DNA of 64,000 nt. It comes from Obrimoposthia wandeli. Taxonomy: Eukaryota. The translations under genes and the position numbers were made by a program. Where the stretch lies: contig CDROCS010004715.1 of NCBI GenBank assembly GCA_977020255.1, forward strand, positions 1 to 64,000, in the 5' to 3' direction. Positions 37,749 to 46,896 of the stretch are shown here, piece by piece; positions within the stretch are counted from its first letter, which is position 1; each line of letters opens with the position of its first letter. Under the pieces are notes generated by a model. That model saw only the letters and a program-made list of their open reading frames with translations, was not told the DNA's origin and searched no databases.

Positions 37749-38150
37749 TTAAGAAAGATAGCTTCCACGTTGTTTCGTTGTACTGATCACTTTCTTAGCT
37801 TTAAAGCGTTCTTGAAGTATATCTACGGCCAACTCAGGCTCAGCGTTTCCGCACATAAAAATATCAAATGCAGCAAAGTTTCTTTCTGGCCAAGTATGAA
37901 CACTGATATGCGATTCCGAAAGAACAGCAACTCCAGTAACTCCATGGTTAGGAGTGAAGTGATGTAAGTAAATATGCAGCAGGTTAGCGCCACATGTTTC
38001 AACGCATTCACGCATCACTTTTTCAATTAACTCAATATCGTCTAAATGCTCAGCTTCATACAGGTCGACAATAATATGCATACCTGCAAATGTTTTCCCA
38101 TCACGAAGCATCAGTGAGTCAGATGCAGAATCTTCTTGGGTATTATTCAT
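37749..38150 (-). CDS. speD: S-adenosylmethionine decarboxylase proenzyme (short class 1B type)
   Basis: GMHIIVDLY, HHFTP.HGVTGVAVLSESHISVHTWPE (E-S-H self-cleavage site), DIFMCG. Confidence 0.93.
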   Translation of the reverse strand: MNNTQEDSASDSLMLRDGKTFAGMHIIVDLYEAEHLDDIELIEKVMRECVETCGANLLHIYLHHFTPNHGVTGVAVLSESHISVHTWPERNFAAFDIFMCGNAEPELAVDILQERFKAKKVISTTKQRGSYLS

Positions 38151-39192
38151 GCTCAGCGCCGAGAATATCTAAACTGATATTGTTTATTCGGTTTGGGGCT
38201 GTATAGAATATCGCCATGCCGGGTTGCAGTTGCGTTGTCAGGCATGGATTAATCGCAACAGAGGTATCTTTAATGGCTAACGCGAGCGCACCGTATTTAA
38301 GTTTCATATTAAAAAATACATTTTTGAACGTGCTAGAGAAATCACTGGTAGGATCAATATCAAATCGATACAGATTTTCTCCTTTTAGGTTTGATATGAG
38401 CTGCTGAATAACGGTGCTAGATTCTCTATCCTGCAGTTCTTGCGCCATGAGAAATACATTGACTGGCAGTATGACTTGATTCAATGAAACATCATTGGCA
38501 GGTAATTTCGTGATCTTTGTTTGATGTTCTTCGTTATTTAAGTAGCAAACCATATGAGCCGAATGGTTGATATCGCGGAAAGAGAAAGCGGTAATGAAGG
38601 TCTGGTTATCATCTCGACCGTGCACGATCACACTTTTAGCCTTGTCTGCACTTGAACGTATTAAAACATCTTCTGATGACAGCTCACCTTTAATGAATAC
38701 AATTTCTGAATTGCTTAAAGGATTTGTTTCTTGTTCTTCTGAGCAGAGGATTATTATCTCATTAGGATTGTTTTCAAGTAATTCGGCAATAACTTTTTCA
38801 GTACTGCCTTTTCTATAGCCCATCAATAACGTGTGGTTCTCAGTACTCATTATGCCTAATCCTTTATTCTTTTTGTTTGCCAGACTAATGATTAGCTCTG
38901 ACAGTTTACCAATTATAATTGCAACAGCACCAATACCCGATGCCATAATGAATCCCGCAATGATTCTGCCTTCGGTAGAACTGGGCGCGAAGTCGCCATA
39001 GCCTACGGTCGTAATCGTTACGACAAACCACCAGGAATAATTATTAATAATATCTGTTTCATTAAAGGCAACCATTCCCAGTAAACCAAAAATGTAGGTG
39101 AATGATATGGTGATTAATAAAGTCATCCACGCGTGATCATAAAGTTTAAATAATGCTTTTCTATACGTTTTGCTTAACAGCGAAAAAATCAT
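38143..39192 (-). CDS. Two-TM potassium channel with a cytoplasmic RCK/TrkA-like domain
   Basis: WWFVVTITTVGYGD selectivity filter; EDVLIRSSADKAKSVIV RCK segment. The ATG at 39192 overlaps the TGA of the upstream gene. Confidence 0.88.
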   Translation of the reverse strand: MIFSLLSKTYRKALFKLYDHAWMTLLITISFTYIFGLLGMVAFNETDIINNYSWWFVVTITTVGYGDFAPSSTEGRIIAGFIMASGIGAVAIIIGKLSELIISLANKKNKGLGIMSTENHTLLMGYRKGSTEKVIAELLENNPNEIIILCSEEQETNPLSNSEIVFIKGELSSEDVLIRSSADKAKSVIVHGRDDNQTFITAFSFRDINHSAHMVCYLNNEEHQTKITKLPANDVSLNQVILPVNVFLMAQELQDRESSTVIQQLISNLKGENLYRFDIDPTSDFSSTFKNVFFNMKLKYGALALAIKDTSVAINPCLTTQLQPGMAIFYTAPNRINNISLDILGAEHE

Positions 39193-40859
39193 TCTACTTG
39201 CCAACTCCTATCGGTATATGCGGTTAATAAGCAAGGTTCCATTAATGTATTAATGCAGGGTTTTTTAGCACTAAGCTCACCTTTGCCGAATGCAAAAGAA
39301 GACGCTAATAATTCAGGTGTAATAAAATCAGTTTCTACGGCGAACGTTTCAAAATGAGACAAACGTTGTTTTAATTCGGCGGGTTTTTCTGCTGCAGTCC
39401 ATGCAATGTAATAACCCCAATCTCCAAATGAAGGAATGTTTTGGCGATAAGGTAATGTATTAAAACCTGCTGCCTTTAGCGTATTGCCAATTGCGAGGTA
39501 GGCTTCTTTTGCATGGTAAGGCGATGTCGATTGAATTGAAATGTAGGCCTCGGGGGTAAGGTATCGTTTCAAGTTCTGGTAAAACTGCTTGCTGTACAGT
39601 TTGCTTATTTCAATGCCAGAAGGGTCAGGTAAATCGATGATTACCGCATCCCATTTTTGCTTAGGTTTATTTCTTAAGAATAAGTCCGCATCAATATTAT
39701 AGACAGTGATAGCCGCAACCCATTCAGCTTTTTCTTCCGATCCATTCTCTGATAAATAAATTCCCTGCTTTGCTCCAGAGTCTATAAGTTGGAAAGGTAA
39801 GGTTTCTAGTTTTGCATTCTTGAATGAATCATTGTTTAAATTAGTTAACAGCTCATTCGTGGATGCAATTTTCACCATATCAGGATCCAAGTCGACAAGT
39901 GTCACGCTATGAACATCAGCGTATTTGTTAACCTCTCGTAAGGCTAGTCCATCACCCCCACCTAAAATTAGAACGTTGTCTCTGGACGGGGTGGCCGCCA
40001 TTAGAGGATGAACAAGGAAATCATGGTATCTCTCCTCATCCAGTGATGAGAACTGAGTATTACCATTAATATACAGTCGGGTATCACCTGAGCCCGAATT
40101 ATGAGTGATCACTAAATGCTGATACTTAGTAGTCTCTTTATGAACGATGGGGTCTTCATAGAAGCGCTGCTCAAGTAGGCTACTAATATCCCTGTTGCTT
40201 ATGAAACCCATTATTAATAATACCGAAGTAACTACGAGTAGAACGACATAGATAACCGGTTTTGGAATGAGTTTTTGCTTCAGGAAATAAATAATAGTGA
40301 TTGAAGCAACCATAAAGTTAAAGCCGGCGACGATGAAACTGATCTCGGTTAAAGGATAGTTTTTAAGTAAATATTCTACCCAAATCACAGCACCCACAAA
40401 CGCGCCGATATAGTCCATTGCGTAGACAATGGTTAAGTTCGTTCTTAGCTCTATTTTATGTTGGTCTATGATTCTCATGACCAGAGGGATTTCGAAGCCA
40501 ATCAAAAAACCGACAGACAATACAAAAAAGTAGTGAACTATTTGAAAACTATTTTCTAAATAGCCGTATGCCGCGTAGATTGCTAAAGGCGCAAAGCCCC
40601 CCAGCAAAGCCATGATAACTTCCACCGCAATAAACTTTTGTAGAAGGTTGTTATCAGACATCTTACTCTGAACAAGACCTGAAACCCCCATCATTAGCAT
40701 CATGCTGGCGATCACCATCGAGAACTGTTCTATGGAGTTCCCAAGTATGTACGTGGTTATCGTTGCAAGAACATATTCATTTACTAATCCGCTTGCGCCT
40801 GTCGTGAACATACAGAACGCAAGTAAAATGGGTAAGAATCTTGGCATTCTTCTTTGCAT
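39189..40859 (-). CDS. speE: Membrane-bound polyamine aminopropyltransferase (spermidine-synthase-like, multi-TM N-terminus)
   Basis: ~220-aa hydrophobic N-terminal half; YING.TQFSS.DE.RYHD, LILGGGDGLALREV, VDLD, IIDLPDP, KLYS.QFY. Confidence 0.88.
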   Translation of the reverse strand: MQRRMPRFLPILLAFCMFTTGASGLVNEYVLATITTYILGNSIEQFSMVIASMMLMMGVSGLVQSKMSDNNLLQKFIAVEVIMALLGGFAPLAIYAAYGYLENSFQIVHYFFVLSVGFLIGFEIPLVMRIIDQHKIELRTNLTIVYAMDYIGAFVGAVIWVEYLLKNYPLTEISFIVAGFNFMVASITIIYFLKQKLIPKPVIYVVLLVVTSVLLIMGFISNRDISSLLEQRFYEDPIVHKETTKYQHLVITHNSGSGDTRLYINGNTQFSSLDEERYHDFLVHPLMAATPSRDNVLILGGGDGLALREVNKYADVHSVTLVDLDPDMVKIASTNELLTNLNNDSFKNAKLETLPFQLIDSGAKQGIYLSENGSEEKAEWVAAITVYNIDADLFLRNKPKQKWDAVIIDLPDPSGIEISKLYSKQFYQNLKRYLTPEAYISIQSTSPYHAKEAYLAIGNTLKAAGFNTLPYRQNIPSFGDWGYYIAWTAAEKPAELKQRLSHFETFAVETDFITPELLASSFAFGKGELSAKKPCINTLMEPCLLTAYTDRSWQVE

Positions 40860-40872
40860 TATGAAACGGGCC

Positions 40873-41724
40873 TTACAATATAGCGTTGCTAAGAATCATC
40901 GCCATGCCGATTTTGGCACCTGATAGCTGTAAGGCTGGAACCATACGATCTTCAAGCAGTATCTCTTTCACATTAGAAGAGGTGATAATTAATAGATCAA
41001 TTAAATACTCAAAGACATAAAGAAATAGCATTCCTGTTACGGCTAAAAGTAAGTACTCAGACATCATATAAGACAAGGTCGCATCGGTTGAATTTCCGGC
41101 AATCGCGGATTTCAGAATAAGAGCGTAAGCAATCAACTTACCACCGATATAAATGCCAGAAGAAGTATTGCCATTACTAATACTTTCAATGATGTTGAAG
41201 TCTCGCAAGATTGCCTTTTCATAAAATAAAACAAGGGCTACTAACGTGATTTGACCTGCAATGAAATAGCCTAAGCTGGATAGGATGCCGCCACCTTCAC
41301 CAACAATACTTGAATGAGCAATAATGCCGGTACCGACAAGCATGCCAAACTCTACAATCCCAACGGCGATGTTGTTGTTTTTAATTGCATTCGTATTATC
41401 GATACCTGGTGTGACAAGGCGATCTGTAAATACAAGAGAGCTCAACATAAATACCACGGCAAGTGCGCCATAAATGCCGGTAGTAATAAGGTCTTCTACT
41501 AATGACTCACTATTTGCCCCAGAAAGCAGTCCCATAAACGCAATGGCGAGGCCAAACTGAGCACCTGTTCTACGCAGTCCTGCGGCAAGATTTCCACCGG
41601 CCAGCTCTTCGTCTGCATTGTAGTGTTTAGCGGCCATAAAGTTTAAGGCGTACTTTAAAGAAATCATAAATGCCAAATAGACAAATGCGTATAAAATATA
41701 AATTCCGTATTGTTCGATGTTCAT
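40873..41724 (-). CDS. DUF350 family membrane protein (internally repeated)
   Basis: Repeated GNLAAG / NNIAVG / GNTSSG motifs each followed by a TM helix. ATG 41724 chosen; the ORF track start at 41802 overlaps the upstream gene. Confidence 0.75.
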   Translation of the reverse strand: MNIEQYGIYILYAFVYLAFMISLKYALNFMAAKHYNADEELAGGNLAAGLRRTGAQFGLAIAFMGLLSGANSESLVEDLITTGIYGALAVVFMLSSLVFTDRLVTPGIDNTNAIKNNNIAVGIVEFGMLVGTGIIAHSSIVGEGGGILSSLGYFIAGQITLVALVLFYEKAILRDFNIIESISNGNTSSGIYIGGKLIAYALILKSAIAGNSTDATLSYMMSEYLLLAVTGMLFLYVFEYLIDLLIITSSNVKEILLEDRMVPALQLSGAKIGMAMILSNAIL

Positions 41725-41749
41725 AATATTACCTTTAAAAATTATTGGG

Positions 41750-43378
41750 TTACTTACCGCCGCCAGAAGGGCCTCTGCCTCGACTGGAAGGACCTGCACC
41801 ACGAACAGAATTGCTTACCCTAGAAATTTTGCCTGATCTAACACCTTTCACAACGTTAGGATTTCTGCGCGAGTACGAGCTGTTTTGATATCTAGAATCT
41901 GAATAAGTACGAGATCCGTAAGTGCCATACGAGTTATTTCGACCGTAATAAGATGAGCTTCTGCTTGCCGAATTATAACCATTCCACTGGTTGTAGGAAT
42001 ATCGAGAGGGCATGAAGGCGTTAAATAGGCTGTACATTCCGTAGTAATGCCAAAAGGAATTACCATTAGATTGTCGCCATTCACCATGTTGGTTGGACCC
42101 AGTTGCTTGGCCGTTGACCATCGTTGGCTTAGCAATCATCGACATGCCGACAGGTTCTGCAGAAGTAATTATTTCAGATTCATAAAACCCTAAAGGTTTG
42201 GAAACAATCGCCATACCGAGGTCGGCTTCATTTTTCCAATAGTCTTCATTACTAACACGTTCCCAGTCAGTATCTTGAGTCTTTCCATTTTCAATGATCG
42301 TATATTTTTGATAGGTGGCTGCAAGAGTTTTATCCACCCAGAACTCAGCATAGCCGTGGTTTCTAGGCCAGTTTTTTCTAGCAGAAATGTTGAGTGCATC
42401 CCAGCGAGCTCGCGGAATGTTATAGCTCAGGCTTCCCCAGCCTTTATCAGCAATTGTTGAAACGGTAAGCGCTTCAAAATATTCGAAAGTATTCGCATCG
42501 ACAGGTGCTTCAGGGAATCGATAGTTACTTCCCGCGCCACAACCATCAGCCTCGCACCAGGTTGCTCGACCTATAACAATATAATAATCTACCTTTTGGT
42601 CAGCAAGAACCTTAACGTAGTTTCTATCAAGCTGTCGAAGCAGGACTTTGTTTTCTTTTACATTTTTTTTCAGTAATTTATCTTGCGCTAAAATGGCTTG
42701 GTACGTATCGCCATAAAGAGCAAAGTCGGTATTGGTCGAGGCGTGCTCTTTAGATAAAATAGATTTTTGATCACGTAAAGTCTGCAGTAAAGTCTGTGCT
42801 ACGACTATTTTACTATTAATATCGTCAGTCTTTTTGGGATGTGCCTTTTTGGACCTTGATCCTGCATTAATAAACCCATCCAGAGTCCGTATTGCACTAG
42901 GTTCAATCTTTTCTATCTGTTTAAAGTAAGGATCTTTATTTTTACGAGCGTCGAGTATAAGTCTCGATCTTTCGTAAGAATAGTTAGAGTATTTTGACGA
43001 CGTCGTTATTAACGCACTGGCCTTAGAGATAGCAGCAACTAATGGCTTAATATCATCTTCATGGTCACGGTCCGTAATAGGAGTAATAACGTCAGTATTG
43101 AGCTTAGTTGCTGCCGAAAATTCAGTTCTTGCTGATGTTAATGTGGCTGCCCACTTTTCACGATCCGCATAAGGTTTCAAAAACTCCCAATCTTCTGTGG
43201 ACTGAAGAGCTTTGAAGTCCTTCTCAGATTGTGTCAGTTGAAATTTTTGAGCATTGTAGGAACGCTGAAAGTCATTCGCTTGTTTCACATATTCATCGGG
43301 TAGGGCATAGACTGCTTTATACCCGATGTATAAAAATAAACCGATGACCAGAAGAACAATGATTTTAGATGGCTTCAT
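41750..43378 (-). CDS. Membrane-anchored hypothetical protein: helical stalk, Cys-pair domain and Gly/Ser/Arg/Tyr-rich tail
   Basis: N-terminal TM (IIVLLVIGLFLYIGY), helical region, WCEADGC, GEWRQSNGNSFWHYYGMY, low-complexity C-terminus ending SSRGRGPSGGGK. Confidence 0.85.
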   Translation of the reverse strand: MKPSKIIVLLVIGLFLYIGYKAVYALPDEYVKQANDFQRSYNAQKFQLTQSEKDFKALQSTEDWEFLKPYADREKWAATLTSARTEFSAATKLNTDVITPITDRDHEDDIKPLVAAISKASALITTSSKYSNYSYERSRLILDARKNKDPYFKQIEKIEPSAIRTLDGFINAGSRSKKAHPKKTDDINSKIVVAQTLLQTLRDQKSILSKEHASTNTDFALYGDTYQAILAQDKLLKKNVKENKVLLRQLDRNYVKVLADQKVDYYIVIGRATWCEADGCGAGSNYRFPEAPVDANTFEYFEALTVSTIADKGWGSLSYNIPRARWDALNISARKNWPRNHGYAEFWVDKTLAATYQKYTIIENGKTQDTDWERVSNEDYWKNEADLGMAIVSKPLGFYESEIITSAEPVGMSMIAKPTMVNGQATGSNQHGEWRQSNGNSFWHYYGMYSLFNAFMPSRYSYNQWNGYNSASRSSSYYGRNNSYGTYGSRTYSDSRYQNSSYSRRNPNVVKGVRSGKISRVSNSVRGAGPSSRGRGPSGGGK

Positions 43379-44027
43379 CGGCGCCCTCACTATTACGGGT
43401 CATTATTAGTTCAGTCTGTAGCACTTTTATGGCAGATGCCGCCAGTTCTTTGCTGATGAAAGCTTCACGTTCAGGTTTAGAGTCTTCTTCTTCCCAAAGC
43501 TCTAGCGTTAAGCAAGTCCCATCATCGCCTTTAAATTCATACATTCGAACCTGTAGAGGCTCATCTGTTGCACTACGGTAAAAGAGTGCAGCCCAAGTAT
43601 CGTCTTCAATATAATGGAAGTTTTTTCCTTTATATTTAACGGTCCCAGATTCCTCTTCGGCAATATCATCAAGCATATTACGAGTTAAAGGTTTACCATT
43701 TTCAGTAAGGTCTTTAAGTTGCACCTCTGAAACGGTTTGGCTAACTTCAAGTTCATCATCAAATTCCCACTCGATGAACGTCTTCTCGCCCGTCAAGACG
43801 TTTAAAAGCTGAAGCTCGGTTACCCAATATTCGTTCTTCTTCTTTTTAAAAGAACTCCACTTAACTTCCAAATAACGAAAAGCTTCAGAGACTAGATAGG
43901 TATTTCCCTTGATCTCTAAATATCCGCCTTTTTTAACGTGACGAATATCTTGCTTGCACTGTCTGAGGTCAGCGTCTGGAGAAAGACCACGAATGGCTTG
44001 AAATTGTGTGGCTAAATTATTTTGCAT
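43365..44027 (-). CDS. DUF4178-like domain protein
   Basis: GYLEIKGNTYLV...W.TEL.L...FIEWEFDDEL and YKGKNFHYIE...MYEF...LELW pattern. ATG 44027 overlaps the telA stop region; the ORF track start at 44147 lies inside telA. Confidence 0.6.
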   Translation of the reverse strand: MQNNLATQFQAIRGLSPDADLRQCKQDIRHVKKGGYLEIKGNTYLVSEAFRYLEVKWSSFKKKKNEYWVTELQLLNVLTGEKTFIEWEFDDELEVSQTVSEVQLKDLTENGKPLTRNMLDDIAEEESGTVKYKGKNFHYIEDDTWAALFYRSATDEPLQVRMYEFKGDDGTCLTLELWEEEDSKPEREAFISKELAASAIKVLQTELIMTRNSEGADEAI

Positions 44028-45198
44028 CACTACCACCAATCTTCGGAGTAGAAGCATCTGCAATTTTAGCGGTGGAATCAGTGCCAACATCTTGCACATC
44101 TTTAATGCCATTTGACGACGAACGCGCATCGCGCATGCCATCAGCAACAGGAGATAGTTGGGCTGTCATGTCGGCAAGACGATCACTTGTTTCACGAGCT
44201 TTAGCCGTACTAGTACTCATTGTCTCGTTGGCAATTTTAACGGCGTTCATGAGTCTATCGAAGCCTTCTTCCATTTTCTCTAAAGCAATTACAGGATTGT
44301 TGTAAAGGTCGCCCACTTCTTGAGCGGCTTTCTCAATGGTGCCTGCATTCTGAGCCATCATGTCGCCAAGACCTGCTTGGAACTGTTGCACAGCATCCTT
44401 CACGGTTGCTTGCTGCGCTAATGCAGCTTGAATGCGTAATGCATTGTTCATAACCATTGGGCCAACGGTCAGTGCGCTGTCGATTGATTCATCTAATAAC
44501 GAGTTGGTCGCGATTGTTTGATCAATACTAATAAAAAACTGTACAGATGCTTGCTCCATTGTGCGCAAATCGCGAATTCGACGCATGGCTTGGTTTTTAA
44601 CCGTTGCGAACTTTTGCTTTTCTTGAATTTCATCCGCTTCGGTTAGGGCATCTTGAGCATCGACTTGCTGAATGAATAATTCACCAATATAAATCTCAGA
44701 TTCAATTTCTTTTTTGGCTTCGGCTATTTCGTTATATTGCTGTTCTAGCGCAAGGTTTGATTCTAAAAGATCATCTTTACCATTACGAAGGCCGTCAAAG
44801 ATTGCGTCTACATGGCTTTGCATTGGTTGATACTGACGAACAAAACGGCTAACAGCTTTACGCTTAATTCCACTTGGCATCCATGAAAACCACCAAGAGT
44901 TATGCAAAGAGTGAGGGTTTAGCTGGTCCATGGTTGAACGTAATTCAAGCAACTTTTCCCCTGCAGGTGATTTACCGTCTAGGCCTTTCAGTAAGCTATT
45001 AACGTTGCCTTTCATTAGGTCGTTAGCAGAAGACATTTTCGTCTGAGCGGATGCGCCAATATTACTAACAATGCGACTTAGGGCAGGGCCGCCATTTTCT
45101 TTAGTTGATTCAATGAGATCTTGTGAGCGCTTTTGCATCAGCTCAACTTTATCTTCAGAAGCCCATTTTGGAGATTTTAATGTGTTATCGGTCGTCAT
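44017..45198 (-). CDS. Toxic anion resistance protein (TelA/YaaN family)
   Basis: LLELRSTMDQLNP, RFVRQYQPMQSHVDAIFDGLRNGKDDL, RIRDL; long coiled coils. Confidence 0.8.
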   Translation of the reverse strand: MTTDNTLKSPKWASEDKVELMQKRSQDLIESTKENGGPALSRIVSNIGASAQTKMSSANDLMKGNVNSLLKGLDGKSPAGEKLLELRSTMDQLNPHSLHNSWWFSWMPSGIKRKAVSRFVRQYQPMQSHVDAIFDGLRNGKDDLLESNLALEQQYNEIAEAKKEIESEIYIGELFIQQVDAQDALTEADEIQEKQKFATVKNQAMRRIRDLRTMEQASVQFFISIDQTIATNSLLDESIDSALTVGPMVMNNALRIQAALAQQATVKDAVQQFQAGLGDMMAQNAGTIEKAAQEVGDLYNNPVIALEKMEEGFDRLMNAVKIANETMSTSTAKARETSDRLADMTAQLSPVADGMRDARSSSNGIKDVQDVGTDSTAKIADASTPKIGGSDAK

Positions 45199-45701
45199 TA
45201 CGCTTTTCCTTCTGCATTGAATTTGGCTTTTAAGAATAGCGATTTATTATCGAATTCTTTTTGATCATTTTTTGCTAGTAGAGCTTCAATATCAACGAGC
45301 TCTTGTTCTAATGTTTGTAGATTGTTAACAAACTCCTCAGAAGCACCTTCGCGAGCATCGTCCTTTAAATTAATGTAAGGAAGTACACACTTGTTCGGTA
45401 AATATTCTGAGGCAATCCGATTCACGGTCCAGGAAAATTCACCACTGGCACAGACGTGATTTTCAAGTCGAGGGAAAATGGCGATTAATTGATCGATAAT
45501 GGCTTCGCATCTGGAGGTCAGTTTTGATCCAATGGCGGCTTTTCTGATGACTAAATTAAGTTCTAATAAATTCTGTTCCGGAGTAGGCGGCACAATCTCA
45601 GAAGATGCTGTTTCAGGTTTTGTTTTGGAGTAATGTTTTATTAACGAATAGGCAGCGACAGCGATGATAGCAATGACTATTAAAATGATAACCGGGTCCA
45701 T
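45198..45701 (-). CDS. XpaC-like (BCIP-hydrolysis family-like) membrane-anchored partner of TelA
   Basis: N-terminal TM, helical body with a SEYLP...LPY..L motif; TAATG-coupled to the TelA gene, as in xpaC-yaaN pairs. Confidence 0.5.
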   Translation of the reverse strand: MDPVIILIVIAIIAVAAYSLIKHYSKTKPETASSEIVPPTPEQNLLELNLVIRKAAIGSKLTSRCEAIIDQLIAIFPRLENHVCASGEFSWTVNRIASEYLPNKCVLPYINLKDDAREGASEEFVNNLQTLEQELVDIEALLAKNDQKEFDNKSLFLKAKFNAEGKA

Positions 45702-45782
45702 TTAAGCTTCCTTTATGAGTATTTTGTATGATCAAGCAAGTATCAAGTAAGCCCACACTTCGTGGACTTTAATATAATTAGG

Positions 45783-46787
45783 TTATAGCTGGCAGATTGC
45801 AACCTTCAAAGGTGGATTGCCATCTGGGCTAGGGAAGTCAGCATCCGGTATTAGCATTTCTATGCTTTTAAGTGGGCGACCTGTTTTGATAGCGCAACGC
45901 TTAAGTGATTCAATCCATTCATCACGATCAACCTGGGCTACATTATTACAGCAGATTAATTGACCGCCTTTCTTTGTGGCTAGCAAGCTGGGCTTAAACA
46001 GTGATTGATAATCACGGATTAAATCAACATTACCAAAAGCACTTTTTGCCCATCGCGGTGGATCTAGAAAGACAATATCAAATTGCTCTGGGCCATGCTT
46101 AGGGTATTTGGGTAGCTTCTTGCCGCGACGAACGCTAATAGGCATATTGGCAAATTGCTTGATGGCTGGGAATACATCGGACTGAATGAACTCAACTTGC
46201 TTGAGATCGTTCAGGCGCGCGTTTTCGATTCCTACCGCTAAAGACGACTCAGCGAAATCAACATTCACTACGCGCTTAGCACCACCAACGGCGGCAGCGA
46301 TACCGATACCACAAGTATATGAAAACAAGTTTAGTACGGTTTTGCCTTCGCTAATCGATTTAACATAGCGGCGGCCGGCGCGTAAATCCAGAAATAACCA
46401 TGGGTCTTGGCCTTGGTGACGACCTTGAACTTGATATTTAATACCAAGCTCATGTCCTTCCATAGGAATCGAGTCCATTTCACTAACATCATCATCCGTA
46501 TTCTGAATACGAGAGTTGCCCTTGCTGCGATCGTTATAAACCAAGTGCAGGTCAGGGAATTCTTCAGACGCAAACTCACGCACCTGAATAAGCTCATCTT
46601 CTGATACAGACTGGTGGAAGGTTTGTAAGATTAACAGCGGGCCATAACGGTCTACCGTAGTGCCCGGTAAGCCTTCGTTAGTGCCGTGGAAAATTCGATA
46701 ACAATCGGTTTTTTCTTCATGCCATTGAGCTTTTAAATCAGAGCGATTCTGCCAAGCTTGGCTGATTAGGTTTTTTAATTCATTCAT
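45783..46787 (-). CDS. Class I SAM-dependent rRNA methyltransferase (RlmI-like, apparently without a PUA domain)
   Basis: GLPGTTVDRYG, FLDLRAGR, VLNLFSYTCG, VNVD, FDIVFLDPP. Confidence 0.85.
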   Translation of the reverse strand: MNELKNLISQAWQNRSDLKAQWHEEKTDCYRIFHGTNEGLPGTTVDRYGPLLILQTFHQSVSEDELIQVREFASEEFPDLHLVYNDRSKGNSRIQNTDDDVSEMDSIPMEGHELGIKYQVQGRHQGQDPWLFLDLRAGRRYVKSISEGKTVLNLFSYTCGIGIAAAVGGAKRVVNVDFAESSLAVGIENARLNDLKQVEFIQSDVFPAIKQFANMPISVRRGKKLPKYPKHGPEQFDIVFLDPPRWAKSAFGNVDLIRDYQSLFKPSLLATKKGGQLICCNNVAQVDRDEWIESLKRCAIKTGRPLKSIEMLIPDADFPSPDGNPPLKVAICQL

Positions 46788-46896
46788 CGCGCCATTCTAT
46801 CAGCTTCGGTCAGTGGCTAGAAGGCTATGAGTAGGCTAAGCGCTTGAAGTACGGCTACTTTACGCTACTTTACCCAGTTACTTGATGGAATAATCG

